Origin: Amoeboradix gromovi X-113
Lineage: Eukaryota; Fungi; Sanchytriomycota
DNA: 19,857 nucleotides
NCBI GenBank assembly: GCA_018985225.1
Contig: JADGIF010000104.1
Span: forward strand, 1 to 19,857
Direction of reading: 5' to 3'
Shown: positions 1-8,781 of the stretch, piece after piece
How positions within the stretch are numbered: position 1 is the first letter of the stretch
Layout: every line of letters starts with the position of its first letter
Position numbers and translations under genes: made by a program
The notes under the pieces: model-generated
What the model was told of the DNA's origin: nothing
The model's database searches: none
The model's input: only the letters and a program-made list of their open reading frames with translations

Positions 1-88
1 TAGGCACCAACTTCCAAATATCTCCATGTGAGTTTTCGTATTGGATGCGGTTTGTATTTATTGACTTTTCGCGACGAGTTGCACAGGA
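1..88 (-). repeat. Left arm of a perfect 88-bp inverted repeat (partner 2420-2507), cut by the window edge; contains 61 nt of upstream sequence and the first 9 codons (ATG at 27, minus strand) of the Ecl1-like gene
   Basis: 1-88 is the exact reverse complement of 2420-2507; identity breaks at 89/2419. Confidence 0.95.
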
Positions 89-232
89 TTTATTCGGTCG
101 TATTTCTGTACGGCGATTTAATTGGCTGTTGTTTCTATTTTAAGGAATTTCTAATGTCTAGTATTCATAGTGAGCTATGCTATCAAGAATACTGCCATAT
201 ACTCGCATTCTACTTAATTAAAACATATTGTG

Positions 233-680
233 GTTAGCGGACGGAAAGAGGGATAGAATCTTCGTGTAAGAATTCTTGATTCAAGAAAAGATCAAGATTT
301 CAGAGAAAGTGACAAAGCCAGTTGCTGCTTTACTCTGGTTGCTCACAATTTCGCTACCCTATGACGGGAATAAATAGTAATGTGTGTTTTTAAGTAAGTT
401 TGCCTTTCTGCTACATGTTCTCTGTCCGATTACGATGTCATTGATATTTCGGGTCCAATAAGTGTTCAGACAGCCCATTGACTTGTGGTTTGATATCCTC
501 CTTTTTGTTTATTGCACCAGTCTGCTTCCCATATAAGATGGACCGGCAGATACTTATACTATTCTTATAGCTTAGCATTTCTGTTAAGAATGTATCTGCT
601 TTTATGAATTACAAGATTATTTACCCTCAAAAAAGGTCCAAACGGTGTATTAAATGTATAATTTGGATTGTGACACTGAT
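233..680 (-). pseudogene. Possible decayed Polinton/Maverick-type family B DNA polymerase fragment
   Basis: Across frameshifts and stops the minus strand gives, in the expected order, YLPVHLIWEADW (cf. GYxVxEIWECEW), INDIVIGQRT (cf. RDAFFGGRT) and YTKILSLFPSAN (cf. motif A YxDxxSLYP). Matches are degenerate and the GQRT to SLFP spacing is longer than usual. Confidence 0.3.
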
Positions 681-888
681 GCAATCTTCACTACTTGGCT
701 GTTCTATTCTGTCTGAAGATAATCGGCATGCAACACTTATGCATTCTGACTATTGAATACGTAAATTCTGGAATTGCAATCAATTACATAATTCAGTCTT
801 CGTGAATTAAAAGATTAAATAAAAGAATTTAAACCATTTAAACGCGTTAAGATTAAAGTTAAACTAATAAATAACTACTTTACAGGAT

Positions 889-1053
889 TTATTCTTCTTC
901 CGAGACTTCATATCTTTTACCTATAAAAGGTACTTTACTAAGAATGTCTTTTCTAACCAGCGGAATTCGTTCACCAAAGAACAATATTCCAATCCCGGCA
1001 GTTGCCGACCATATAGCAGCAGTAGGTGCCCAATTTTTGATCATGGTGTTCAT
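889..1053 (-). CDS. QCR10: Cytochrome b-c1 complex subunit 10 (fungal Qcr10), 54 aa; not in the ORF track
   Basis: Manual translation MNTMIKNWAPTAAIWSATAGIGILFFGERIPLVRKDILSKVPFIGKRYEVSEEE matches the Qcr10 pattern WxPtxxxWgxxagxgxxfFxexiPxvrkDilxKiPxiG; AATAAA overlaps the TAA stop. Confidence 0.9.
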   Translation of the reverse strand: MNTMIKNWAPTAAIWSATAGIGILFFGERIPLVRKDILSKVPFIGKRYEVSEEE

Positions 1054-1531
1054 GAGAAGTTCAGTATCGTTTCAAGGGCTTTGTTCTTGAAATTTTTATT
1101 TCAATAGTGCTCAAGTTAGTTTAATGAGTTAGAATCGCTGGAATGATTCCAGCGGTTTTTTGTGTAAATACCCTTAAGCTTCTCCAGCTTGAAGTTGCAG
1201 CTATTAATTTTAGTTGAACAAAGCTGAGGATCTGGTCCAAGAATGGCGCAATAAAACCGCTCTCAACACCGGTAGAGAGATCGCTCTGAAGTTCGATAGA
1301 ACTTAAAAATCGCCTGATATTTCCATCTCTCGCTCAGAAGAGATCCTCGCTTATGCGAGATTCACATGCAAGAACTCATTTTATTAAACCAAACATCTCT
1401 TGAAGTACTAGATGTTCAAAAGCTCATCAATAAGTACCAAAAGCTATAACAGGAAGTACTATCATACCATTCATTTAGCGTAATCACCAAACTAGAAAAT
1501 TGAATTAAGGCAAATAAGATTTATAGAGTGC

Positions 1532-1670
1532 CTATTTTATGCTAGAAAAGACATTTCTACCAATATGAAATACCGTTAAGTGTGATAAGAACTGGCCACT
1601 AAGGTGACGGCAAATATGCCCACAAAAGCAAGGTTGTTGCAACATCTTGAACAAGAAACTACTATTTGCA
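1532..1670 (-). pseudogene. Possible frameshifted SWIM zinc-finger remnant of a MULE/FAR1-like transposase
   Basis: One frame reads VVSCSRCCNNLAFVGI and the adjacent frame continues CRHL...VFHIG; joined by one frameshift this resembles the CxC...GIxCRH...FHI SWIM signature of Mutator-family proteins. Confidence 0.3.
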
Positions 1671-2239
1671 CTTGGTAAGAAGACCTTAGCATTGCTTATT
1701 CCTGAGTTTAGAGTGATCTTGTGTGATTGATTAAAAGTTATCGCCTGGAACATGAGTAATAGTTATGGAACATTTCCACTCGTGTAGTCTTGCCTTTTCA
1801 GACATTTATTGTTTAAGTTATCCACTTTGATAAAAATGATCCTACGACATTGAAACAAAATATGATTTATTTTCCAAGCTTGAATAAGCCTTGACTAAAC
1901 AAATAACGATGAGCTCCTCGTTAAAAGTCCTGATTTCCGAGAAAATCGAGAATTTCCACAGAGAAACTAGCAATGCTAGATGCTCCGTTACAGTGATTGC
2001 TGTGGTCCATGTCCACTTCCAAACGACACTATGTACATGAATAGCTCTCCTAATTGGTTTTCTTTAGAGTGCCACATGTTGTACATGGCATCAAATTTCC
2101 ATGCTTGGACCAGCTTATCAGTCTGAGACGAATGTATGCTGTACCTGCTAGTTATTTCTTTAGAATTGATTTACACTTGCGAAAAGGAAGAATATCGAGT
2201 GTTTAAGGTATTAGAAAAATCTGGAAAAGTCTTGAAATG

Positions 2240-2270
2240 ATACAAAAATACATACAAAAATACATACAAA
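2240..2270 (+). repeat. 12-bp tandem repeat ATACAAAAATAC, about 2.6 copies
   Basis: Copies at 2240-2251, 2252-2263 and partial 2264-2270. Confidence 0.85.
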
Positions 2271-2419
2271 TTCGCGATAAATGATTTATTCAAGAAAATA
2301 GTCAAGCTGTATCAAAATTGTTCTACGTTTCAAGCATAAGTTAACCCATATGAGTTGATTGGATAGATCGCAAACATTTGTATCAATCAAACATCATGGA
2401 CGACTGAGCACTTCGTGTT

Positions 2420-2507
2420 TCCTGTGCAACTCGTCGCGAAAAGTCAATAAATACAAACCGCATCCAATACGAAAACTCACATGGAGATATTTGGAAGTTG
2501 GTGCCTA
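2420..2507 (+). repeat. Right arm of the 88-bp inverted repeat (partner 1-88)
   Basis: Exact reverse complement of 1-88. Confidence 0.95.
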
Positions 2508-2654
2508 AGTTGCGAGAAACAAACCATATCTGGGATATTCTGCAGCGTAAAATGCCTGCAAGAAGAGTACAGCAGAAGCGGAGTCATACCGGGTAAAGAG
2601 AACAGGCTGATAGCCAATGTATCAAAGAGAATAGACATGCATGTGCTGGCATGA
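2481..2654 (+). CDS. Ecl1-like (lifespan regulator family) small zinc-binding protein, 57 aa; not in the ORF track
   Basis: MEIFGSWCLSCEKQTISGIFCSVKCLQEEYSRSGVIPGKENRLIANVSKRIDMHVLA has WCxxCEKQ-x5-FCSxxC, the four-Cys N-terminal motif of fungal Ecl1 proteins; AATAAA at 2667-2672. Confidence 0.75.
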   Translation: MEIFGSWCLSCEKQTISGIFCSVKCLQEEYSRSGVIPGKENRLIANVSKRIDMHVLA

Positions 2655-3040
2655 GAAGTGATACGAAATAAATTTATTTGAATCTGATATACCAACTTGC
2701 AAGCGTGCAAAAAAGGGAAAAAATTTCTCTGCATTAGCAACTAAAGCATTTTTAATTTAGTTATTCTGCACCAATAGCCAAAAAAATTTACCGAGTTAGG
2801 ATTGGTCATGTATATAAAAACGGTAGATAAAAGTTGACTGAATATCACAAAAAGGTTAATAAATTAAACAAGTTTGAACTGGTCGACTGACGGTCTAAAT
2901 TCATATTGAAAATCACAATTTGTGCTTTAAATCGTTTTTCTCAAAAATGTAATTTTGATTAAGCATAGAAATCACATTGGATGCCACTTTGTTAATTTAG
3001 CTACTCAGCACCAATTGACAAAATGTTAACATTGCAAAGT

Positions 3041-3080
3041 AGCCAATCAGAGGCACAATATAGAACAGAGAGGGTATAAG
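3041..3080 (+). promoter_or_regulatory. Putative CCAAT box plus TATA-like element upstream of the DPBB gene
   Basis: AGCCAATCAG (NF-Y/HAP consensus) at 3041-3050 and TATAAG at 3075-3080, with the ATG at 3104. Confidence 0.45.
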
Positions 3081-3103
3081 TTCTGGTCAAGCCTATCTAG
3101 CCA

Positions 3104-3703
3104 ATGTTTTTTATAGTATCACGCATTTTGGCTCAATGCATCTCTTCTGCTAGTGGACAAGGTACTTTTTACGATGTGTTCAACTCAGCGGAGAACGACG
3201 GATATACTGGCCAGTTCAGATGCCCGATTCCGGTTCCTAGTGATGGAATATATGCGGCAATTGCAAGTAGCTGCTTTGAAAGCGGAAACTCTGCATGTGG
3301 TAAGATGGTGACGGTGAACTACAACGGCAAATCCATTCAGGTGCCCATTCTTGATGAGTGCGCCACTTGCGACGACAATCACATTGATCTAAGTATAGGG
3401 GCATTCAAAGCGCTTGAAAGAAATATGGATATTGGTGTGCTTAAGGGCCTGTCTTGGTCAGCCAGTGCGCCTGAGAGCATGGGATTGCGTCCTACAGTAA
3501 GTACGGCTACCAATCACGTGAACGAGAAGCCCAAAGCACCGTCCGTAAACGGAAATAACGAGATAAAAAGCGCCTCAGCGAGTGGCTCTTCGATTCATAA
3601 AAATAGCCTACCACGCTATGGCACAAAAATCCATGGAAGTAAGAGCAAGTCGTACGGATACAAGGCGAGATCGTGCCGCCGCTCCAGAAAACGAAGACAA
3701 TAG
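3104..3703 (+). CDS. Secreted RlpA-like double-psi beta-barrel (expansin/loosenin-like) protein with a Ser/Lys-rich basic tail
   Basis: GQGTFY, YAAI, ACGKMVTVNYNGKSIQVPILDECATCDDNHIDLSIGAFKAL are DPBB signature motifs; short hydrophobic N-terminus. Confidence 0.88.
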   Translation: MFFIVSRILAQCISSASGQGTFYDVFNSAENDGYTGQFRCPIPVPSDGIYAAIASSCFESGNSACGKMVTVNYNGKSIQVPILDECATCDDNHIDLSIGAFKALERNMDIGVLKGLSWSASAPESMGLRPTVSTATNHVNEKPKAPSVNGNNEIKSASASGSSIHKNSLPRYGTKIHGSKSKSYGYKARSCRRSRKRRQ

Positions 3704-3757
3704 TAAATAAGTGTATATAAACTCTATAAAAGGCTCGATAGTTTTAAATTTGTCCTT

Positions 3758-3822
3758 CTACCTGATGACAGGCACGATAGCAACCTGAGGTAGCCTATGC
3801 TTAATCTCGATCTCTGAAGTAG
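3758..3822 (+). ncRNA. Candidate small box C/D snoRNA
   Basis: TGATGA at 3763-3768, CTGA at 3785-3788 and 3814-3817, CTAC/GTAG terminal complementarity, TATAAAAGG about 30 nt upstream. No convincing rRNA target identified by eye. Confidence 0.25.
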
Positions 3823-3894
3823 CATTAAAAGTGCGCAGAAGGAAGAGATTATGTCCTCTGTTTCCAAGATCTAGAATATACAAATTTATTTCTT

Positions 3895-5250
3895 TCAGTT
3901 TCTTTTTCTCTTCCTAGGCAATTTTTTCGCAGAAATTGCTTTCTCGACAAAGTTTGCTGCTATATCTCTCTCGTCTCCTATTTTTATCTGAAATGTCTTG
4001 TCTTGTTCTGCATATCTTGCTAGGTGGTTCAAGAATTCAATATTTATCCAAGCTTGTTCAATTGACATTGGTGACAGTTCGGTCTTACGTGCTAAATAGA
4101 AGTACCATTTTTCATCTTCTGCATCAGCTTTTAATATGGCATCCAAATTTTTTGACATTACATTAGTGATCGGAAATGACGGCAGTCCCTTTTGAAGGTA
4201 TGATAATGTCATAATTGATCTCAATGATTGGATTAGATCCTCCGCTTCAACTAGAACAATATTAATGTAGAAAAGCCAGTAGGCGACTCCTCCGTTTATG
4301 TTTAAAATATTTTTAATTAATTGCATTTCACTTTCACTAGTACGAATGTTAGCGTCTTTGAAAAATTCGAAAGTAAGTAATTCTTGTAACCTGGAAAAAG
4401 TGTGGGAATTGTCAATCACAGCTGTGGACAAAAAATCAATCCAAAAAGACGAGTGCTCTTCCATATAAATCACCTTGATGTTTGAAAAAAAGGTTTTGTT
4501 AATAATAAAGATGCTGCCAGCTGTTCCATGTAGTATCCGTACCAGTTTCTTGGGTGTAATCATTTTTTTCAATTTGATTTTAAGATGTTCGAATTCGGGG
4601 TTGATTTCCTGGATTGCCAACGAGTAGACCCAGTTGAAGGAACCAGAATCTAAATTCATACAAACATTTTCACGCTCACTCTCTTCGATATCGCAGAATA
4701 GAGAATAGACAACAGGTCTAATGTTAGGCTCATATATTGATCTTCTGTCCATTATGAAATCTCTTCTGTTCAAGTTTATATAATCAATTATATTTGGAAG
4801 ATAAGATTCTGGTGCTAAATCGCTCTCACCCAAGTACATCCAAATAGAATTTAGAAAATCCATGGAGTAAAATTCTGAGTTTGTAATGAACGAAAGTAAC
4901 ATAGAGTCTGATCTAAGTCTCTTCGAACTTAGCATTAGCAATGCTATATGACTCCCAGAGTCTCCCATTGAATTAACTAACTCAATTAGAATTTTGCAAT
5001 AGTAGCTTTGAGTTAAAATTGAGGTCACTTGGTCCGATTTTTCTTCGTCTTGGCAGCTTAAGTATTCATTTTCACCATCGACATATTTTCTGAGCCAGTT
5101 AAACTCGACAGAGTCATCATTCGGACCGTGATTCATCGCATAGATAATAAGAGGTTCGAATGCCTTCTTTACTAAATCTGGAGGAGCGGATCCTTTGTCC
5201 ATTGACGTCGTTAGTAAAGAATAGACAACGAGAAGGCCAGGAGCTAGCAT
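3895..5250 (-). CDS. Hypothetical protein, 451 aa, possible signal peptide and C-terminal basic NLS-like tail
   Basis: Long ORF; first ATG at 5250 (track start 5271 is TTG) gives MLAPGLLVVYSLLTTS; ends KKLPRKRKRN; AATAAA 4 nt after the stop. Confidence 0.8.
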   Translation of the reverse strand: MLAPGLLVVYSLLTTSMDKGSAPPDLVKKAFEPLIIYAMNHGPNDDSVEFNWLRKYVDGENEYLSCQDEEKSDQVTSILTQSYYCKILIELVNSMGDSGSHIALLMLSSKRLRSDSMLLSFITNSEFYSMDFLNSIWMYLGESDLAPESYLPNIIDYINLNRRDFIMDRRSIYEPNIRPVVYSLFCDIEESERENVCMNLDSGSFNWVYSLAIQEINPEFEHLKIKLKKMITPKKLVRILHGTAGSIFIINKTFFSNIKVIYMEEHSSFWIDFLSTAVIDNSHTFSRLQELLTFEFFKDANIRTSESEMQLIKNILNINGGVAYWLFYINIVLVEAEDLIQSLRSIMTLSYLQKGLPSFPITNVMSKNLDAILKADAEDEKWYFYLARKTELSPMSIEQAWINIEFLNHLARYAEQDKTFQIKIGDERDIAANFVEKAISAKKLPRKRKRN

Positions 5251-5806
5251 TGTTTGTCTCAGGGGTCTCAAAATTCAGTTCATTCATGATTCACATACTT
5301 GTCTAACCTTGTGATCCTATCACATTTCAGATAATCTCCTTAGATTTTCTTAAAATTTGCGGTTGGTTTCATTGAAATTTAAAAATAAACAGCTAGTCTG
5401 GAATGCTTCATGTAATTGCTCATCTACGAGTGGTTTCTACAATTCACAGTACTCTGTTTTAGGTATATCTGTGGGACGTATTCCGCAATTTCCTGTATTT
5501 CGTCAGTGGATTTGATTAATCACAAATGGCAGATTTTGCTAACGTACCCTTTTAAGTTAATTTTTTTAGATTCGCGCACCTTTGAACGATTGGACCAGCA
5601 AACTCTTCCTTTCATTTCACCGTTGTAATTCCGACCATTAGTCATAGATAAGAAACTTGATAATCCTTTATTTTTTCAATTACTGAACTATATTAAGATG
5701 TACTGGATTGACAAAACCATGTGGTCATGATAAATTATTATTCACTAGAAATCAGTTACTGTAGTACCGCATAAAACTGTAATTAAAATCGTTTTATTTA
5801 AATCCA

Positions 5807-6766
5807 TCACTGACTCAACCACTTCAGCACTTGCGGCGTGTAATATGTTATTATGATATTACATCCAGCTCTTCGATACGCCAATATGGTTTCTAGTACC
5901 CCATCTTTTAGCTCAAATACTTTATTTTTAGATGCATGATAGAGCATCGCATATTCACCACTTACCATATACGCGGCTAGTGGTAAATGTTTGATTTCAT
6001 TCGCAATATCTCTACATATATCCAAATACGGATATCCCGGTTTAACCATCAAGAAATCAGCACCTTCTTCTACGTCTCTTTTGGCTGCTCTCAGCGCCAT
6101 TTCTCTAGATTGGGGAAGTTGATAAGCCTTTCTATCCCCTGTCAAAGAACATTGAGTGGCTGACCTGAATGGGCCGTACTGGCAACTGGAAAATTTACAA
6201 GAATAGCTCATAACAGCTGTATGGAGACCATTATCCGACAAAATCTTCTTAATATGGTAGATTCTTGTAGATATCATGTCGCTAGGAGCAATGACGTTTG
6301 CACCCTGCTTAGCATATACCAATGAAATATTTGACAACTGCTTAACACTCTCAGTGACATCAATTTCATTGTTAATGGGTATATAGCAATGACCATGCGA
6401 TGTGTAAGGACATAAGCAGACGTCAGCAATTATCAAAATTTGAGGAAATCTGGACTTCAAAATTGAAATCGCTTTCATAACTGGATTATTAGGATGACTT
6501 GCAAAGCTACCAATATTGTCTTTTTCAGATTCCTCTGCTATTCCAAACAATAGCACTGCTTTGAGATCGGGCATTGTAGAAATAAATTCAGCTAGTTCGA
6601 AGTATGGAATTCTAAACTGATTTGGCATTGCTGTAATTTCTTCTCTTTTCTCTCTATTCGTGATGAAGATTGGGTAAACTAGGTGTTTAGATGAGAGGTC
6701 AGGTTCATGCCAAGTTCGTAGTACAGGATGATTTTGAGCTCCGTGAAGATTTGCCAACATTGACAT
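5807..6766 (-). CDS. HEM2: Delta-aminolevulinic acid dehydratase (porphobilinogen synthase)
   Basis: ADVCLCPYTSHGHC zinc site, IAPSDM, MSYSCKFSSCQYGPFR and MVKPG (both Schiff-base lysines), VSGEYAML. Confidence 0.97.
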   Translation of the reverse strand: MSMLANLHGAQNHPVLRTWHEPDLSSKHLVYPIFITNREKREEITAMPNQFRIPYFELAEFISTMPDLKAVLLFGIAEESEKDNIGSFASHPNNPVMKAISILKSRFPQILIIADVCLCPYTSHGHCYIPINNEIDVTESVKQLSNISLVYAKQGANVIAPSDMISTRIYHIKKILSDNGLHTAVMSYSCKFSSCQYGPFRSATQCSLTGDRKAYQLPQSREMALRAAKRDVEEGADFLMVKPGYPYLDICRDIANEIKHLPLAAYMVSGEYAMLYHASKNKVFELKDGVLETILAYRRAGCNIIITYYTPQVLKWLSQ

Positions 6767-7121
6767 GTTTTGGGAGAATTTGGGAAATGGCCCCGGCTAC
6801 TCCTTCGAGATTGTTATAACAGTTTCACATTCGGGCTATTTTCTGCTAAATAGGTTTTAATGCATAGTAGATTAAAAATGCGTATATTTTTTAAATAAAC
6901 ACTAGGATTAAATACTCAGCTCGTGTCATAATTGTACTTTTAATGTAATGACCTGTATTTCTTTGCAGGCTGCAAAAAATGAGACAAACTATCGTCATTT
7001 AGCAATTCTAAGTCACAAACATAGCTGTGTCTTATACCTTCGACACTTAAGGTCAATATATGCTCGCAACTGATCGTGCTTATGTTAGCTCTTACATTTT
7101 TAATAAACGCCGGATTGAAAC

Positions 7122-7532
7122 ATGCATTTCTATCTAACTCGTACCGAACAAATATCATGTGCGCATTCACTATATGATCCTAGCGCAACCAAAGAGCACA
7201 ACTTTGAGACATTTCAGAAATGCACGAATCTACATGGTCATAATTATAGCATCATAGTGACAGTAAGAGGAAGCACACTAGTAAATGGCATGCTTATGAA
7301 TACTAATACATTGAAGGAATGTATACTTAAAGTGGTAGGACAACTGGATCATTCTAATCTCAACGACCATGATTATTTTATAGACAAACCAAGTACTACA
7401 GAATGCTTAACTCTTTATGTGTTTGAAGAACTACAGAAATTAATTAAATTGCTCGATCGTGATAAACTAGAATTGTACGAAGTAGAGATTAAAGAAACAG
7501 ATAAAAATTCCGTTAGAATTAGAAATCAATAA
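7122..7532 (+). CDS. PTS: 6-pyruvoyl tetrahydropterin synthase
   Basis: SCAHSL, KCTNLHGHNY (catalytic Cys and zinc His residues), LDHSNLN, STTE, ETDKN. Confidence 0.93.
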   Translation: MHFYLTRTEQISCAHSLYDPSATKEHNFETFQKCTNLHGHNYSIIVTVRGSTLVNGMLMNTNTLKECILKVVGQLDHSNLNDHDYFIDKPSTTECLTLYVFEELQKLIKLLDRDKLELYEVEIKETDKNSVRIRNQ

Positions 7533-7551
7533 ATCTGTTTCCTGGCCTATT

Positions 7552-8781
7552 ATGACTTTGACTCAGAGTCAAATCCGTGAATTTGTAGATTCGCACTTTA
7601 GTTTGCAAATAGGCGATAAAATCTCGAGCAAATTATATAATCTACTTCAACTTAAGCTTCATGAAGATGGGATTGATCAGCTTAAACCCCATAGCAAGGA
7701 GAGCTATCATTTAATAGCCGTGATAAATAGCATTGATTTTACGGAGAGCATGCCAAGCATTTGTGAAAAGGTTATGAAAATAAAGTTTGAGAAGCCTTTG
7801 AGGCTATCAAAGCTAAAATCTATGTCGGTTTTGCCATCTCTAGGCGCAAATGAAGAGTTCAAAACACCTGAGTATTACCACAACTACTTGGAGCATCTCC
7901 TAGTCAAATATGCAGTTTATAAGGACAGAAGAGTCAAAGAGTTTGAAACAATAGCGGATTATAGCGTTATTATAAATGAGCCGGTGCAGGAAAAACAAAT
8001 CGAGATAGTGGAAATAAAAAAGGAACAGGAACAGCTAAAAACTTCAATCCAGGGTGCATTTGACGAGATAAAAAATTTCACCGAAGAGGTTTTTTTCAAA
8101 TGGGCCCAAAAAACAATTGCCACAATGAACGAGGATGAAATAAAATCGTTTTTATCGATTCTGTTTAATTCATTTCCTAAGCAACAACTGTTGTTACCAT
8201 ATTTAAGGAGGACCGGCGAAGTGCAATGGAAAGATGAGAAACTCTATGACTTCATATTTAGAATGAAAGATGATTCGGGGCTTCAAAAATTTCAAAAAGA
8301 AATGACCAAAGGCCGATTATCAATAACAACAAAAAAGTTGAAAAATGGAAAGTTTGCAGTAAATACTAAGTCGCCCGTTCCGTTTGACGATACCTTGTAC
8401 GCTCATTTGTCTAGTTGCCTGTTATCCAATCAACAATTAATTGAACTCAGTCACTCTTTGCATACTTTGGATGTTCCCAAATCAGAGCTACTTTCATATA
8501 TTCTTAAAATCGGATTATCATTAGAAGTTGAGAGTTATGATCTCTGTATCCGTTTGCTGTCGAAGCTATCAATTTGTAAATCAAAGTACAAGGTAGCAGA
8601 CAAAAAACTGAAATTTTATGAAGGTGGCCTCAAGAAACAGCGTCTTTTTGGCAATTCTAAGAACCTAATGAAGGAGAGCAATGATCGTAGGAAAATAGAA
8701 AAACTTCATCAACATCTAACATTTGAATTGGGTCATTTAAAAAAAGAATTATTTGAAAGTTACAATTTAAGCATTGATTAG
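7552..8781 (+). CDS. Hypothetical protein, 409 aa
   Basis: Long uninterrupted ORF; AATAAA 3 nt after the stop; no family recognised. Confidence 0.8.
   Translation: MTLTQSQIREFVDSHFSLQIGDKISSKLYNLLQLKLHEDGIDQLKPHSKESYHLIAVINSIDFTESMPSICEKVMKIKFEKPLRLSKLKSMSVLPSLGANEEFKTPEYYHNYLEHLLVKYAVYKDRRVKEFETIADYSVIINEPVQEKQIEIVEIKKEQEQLKTSIQGAFDEIKNFTEEVFFKWAQKTIATMNEDEIKSFLSILFNSFPKQQLLLPYLRRTGEVQWKDEKLYDFIFRMKDDSGLQKFQKEMTKGRLSITTKKLKNGKFAVNTKSPVPFDDTLYAHLSSCLLSNQQLIELSHSLHTLDVPKSELLSYILKIGLSLEVESYDLCIRLLSKLSICKSKYKVADKKLKFYEGGLKKQRLFGNSKNLMKESNDRRKIEKLHQHLTFELGHLKKELFESYNLSID

Noticed and set aside
28-237. 69-aa plus-strand ORF
   Set aside because: Non-ATG start, no motif, spans the duplication junction.
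1-2507. Reading the 88-bp inverted repeat as transposon terminal inverted repeats (Pack-MULE carrying QCR10)
   Set aside because: The repeat consists of a cellular gene's leader and start, no intact transposase lies inside, and the outer ends and any target-site duplication are not visible.
2477-2740. 87-aa minus-strand ORF
   Set aside because: TTG start and antisense to the better-supported Ecl1-like gene.
3185-4166. ORFs 3185-3382 (-) and 3936-4166 (+)
   Set aside because: Antisense shadows of the DPBB and 451-aa genes.
5416-5628. 70-aa plus-strand ORF
   Set aside because: TTG start, no motif, no stop-linked AATAAA.
6767-6797. CCC-rich motif just upstream of the HEM2 ATG, like the microsporidian start-proximal CCC signal
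   Set aside because: Not seen consistently before the other start codons in this window.
6940-7170. 76-aa minus-strand ORF
   Set aside because: Overlaps the PTS start antisense, no motif, no poly(A) signal after the stop.
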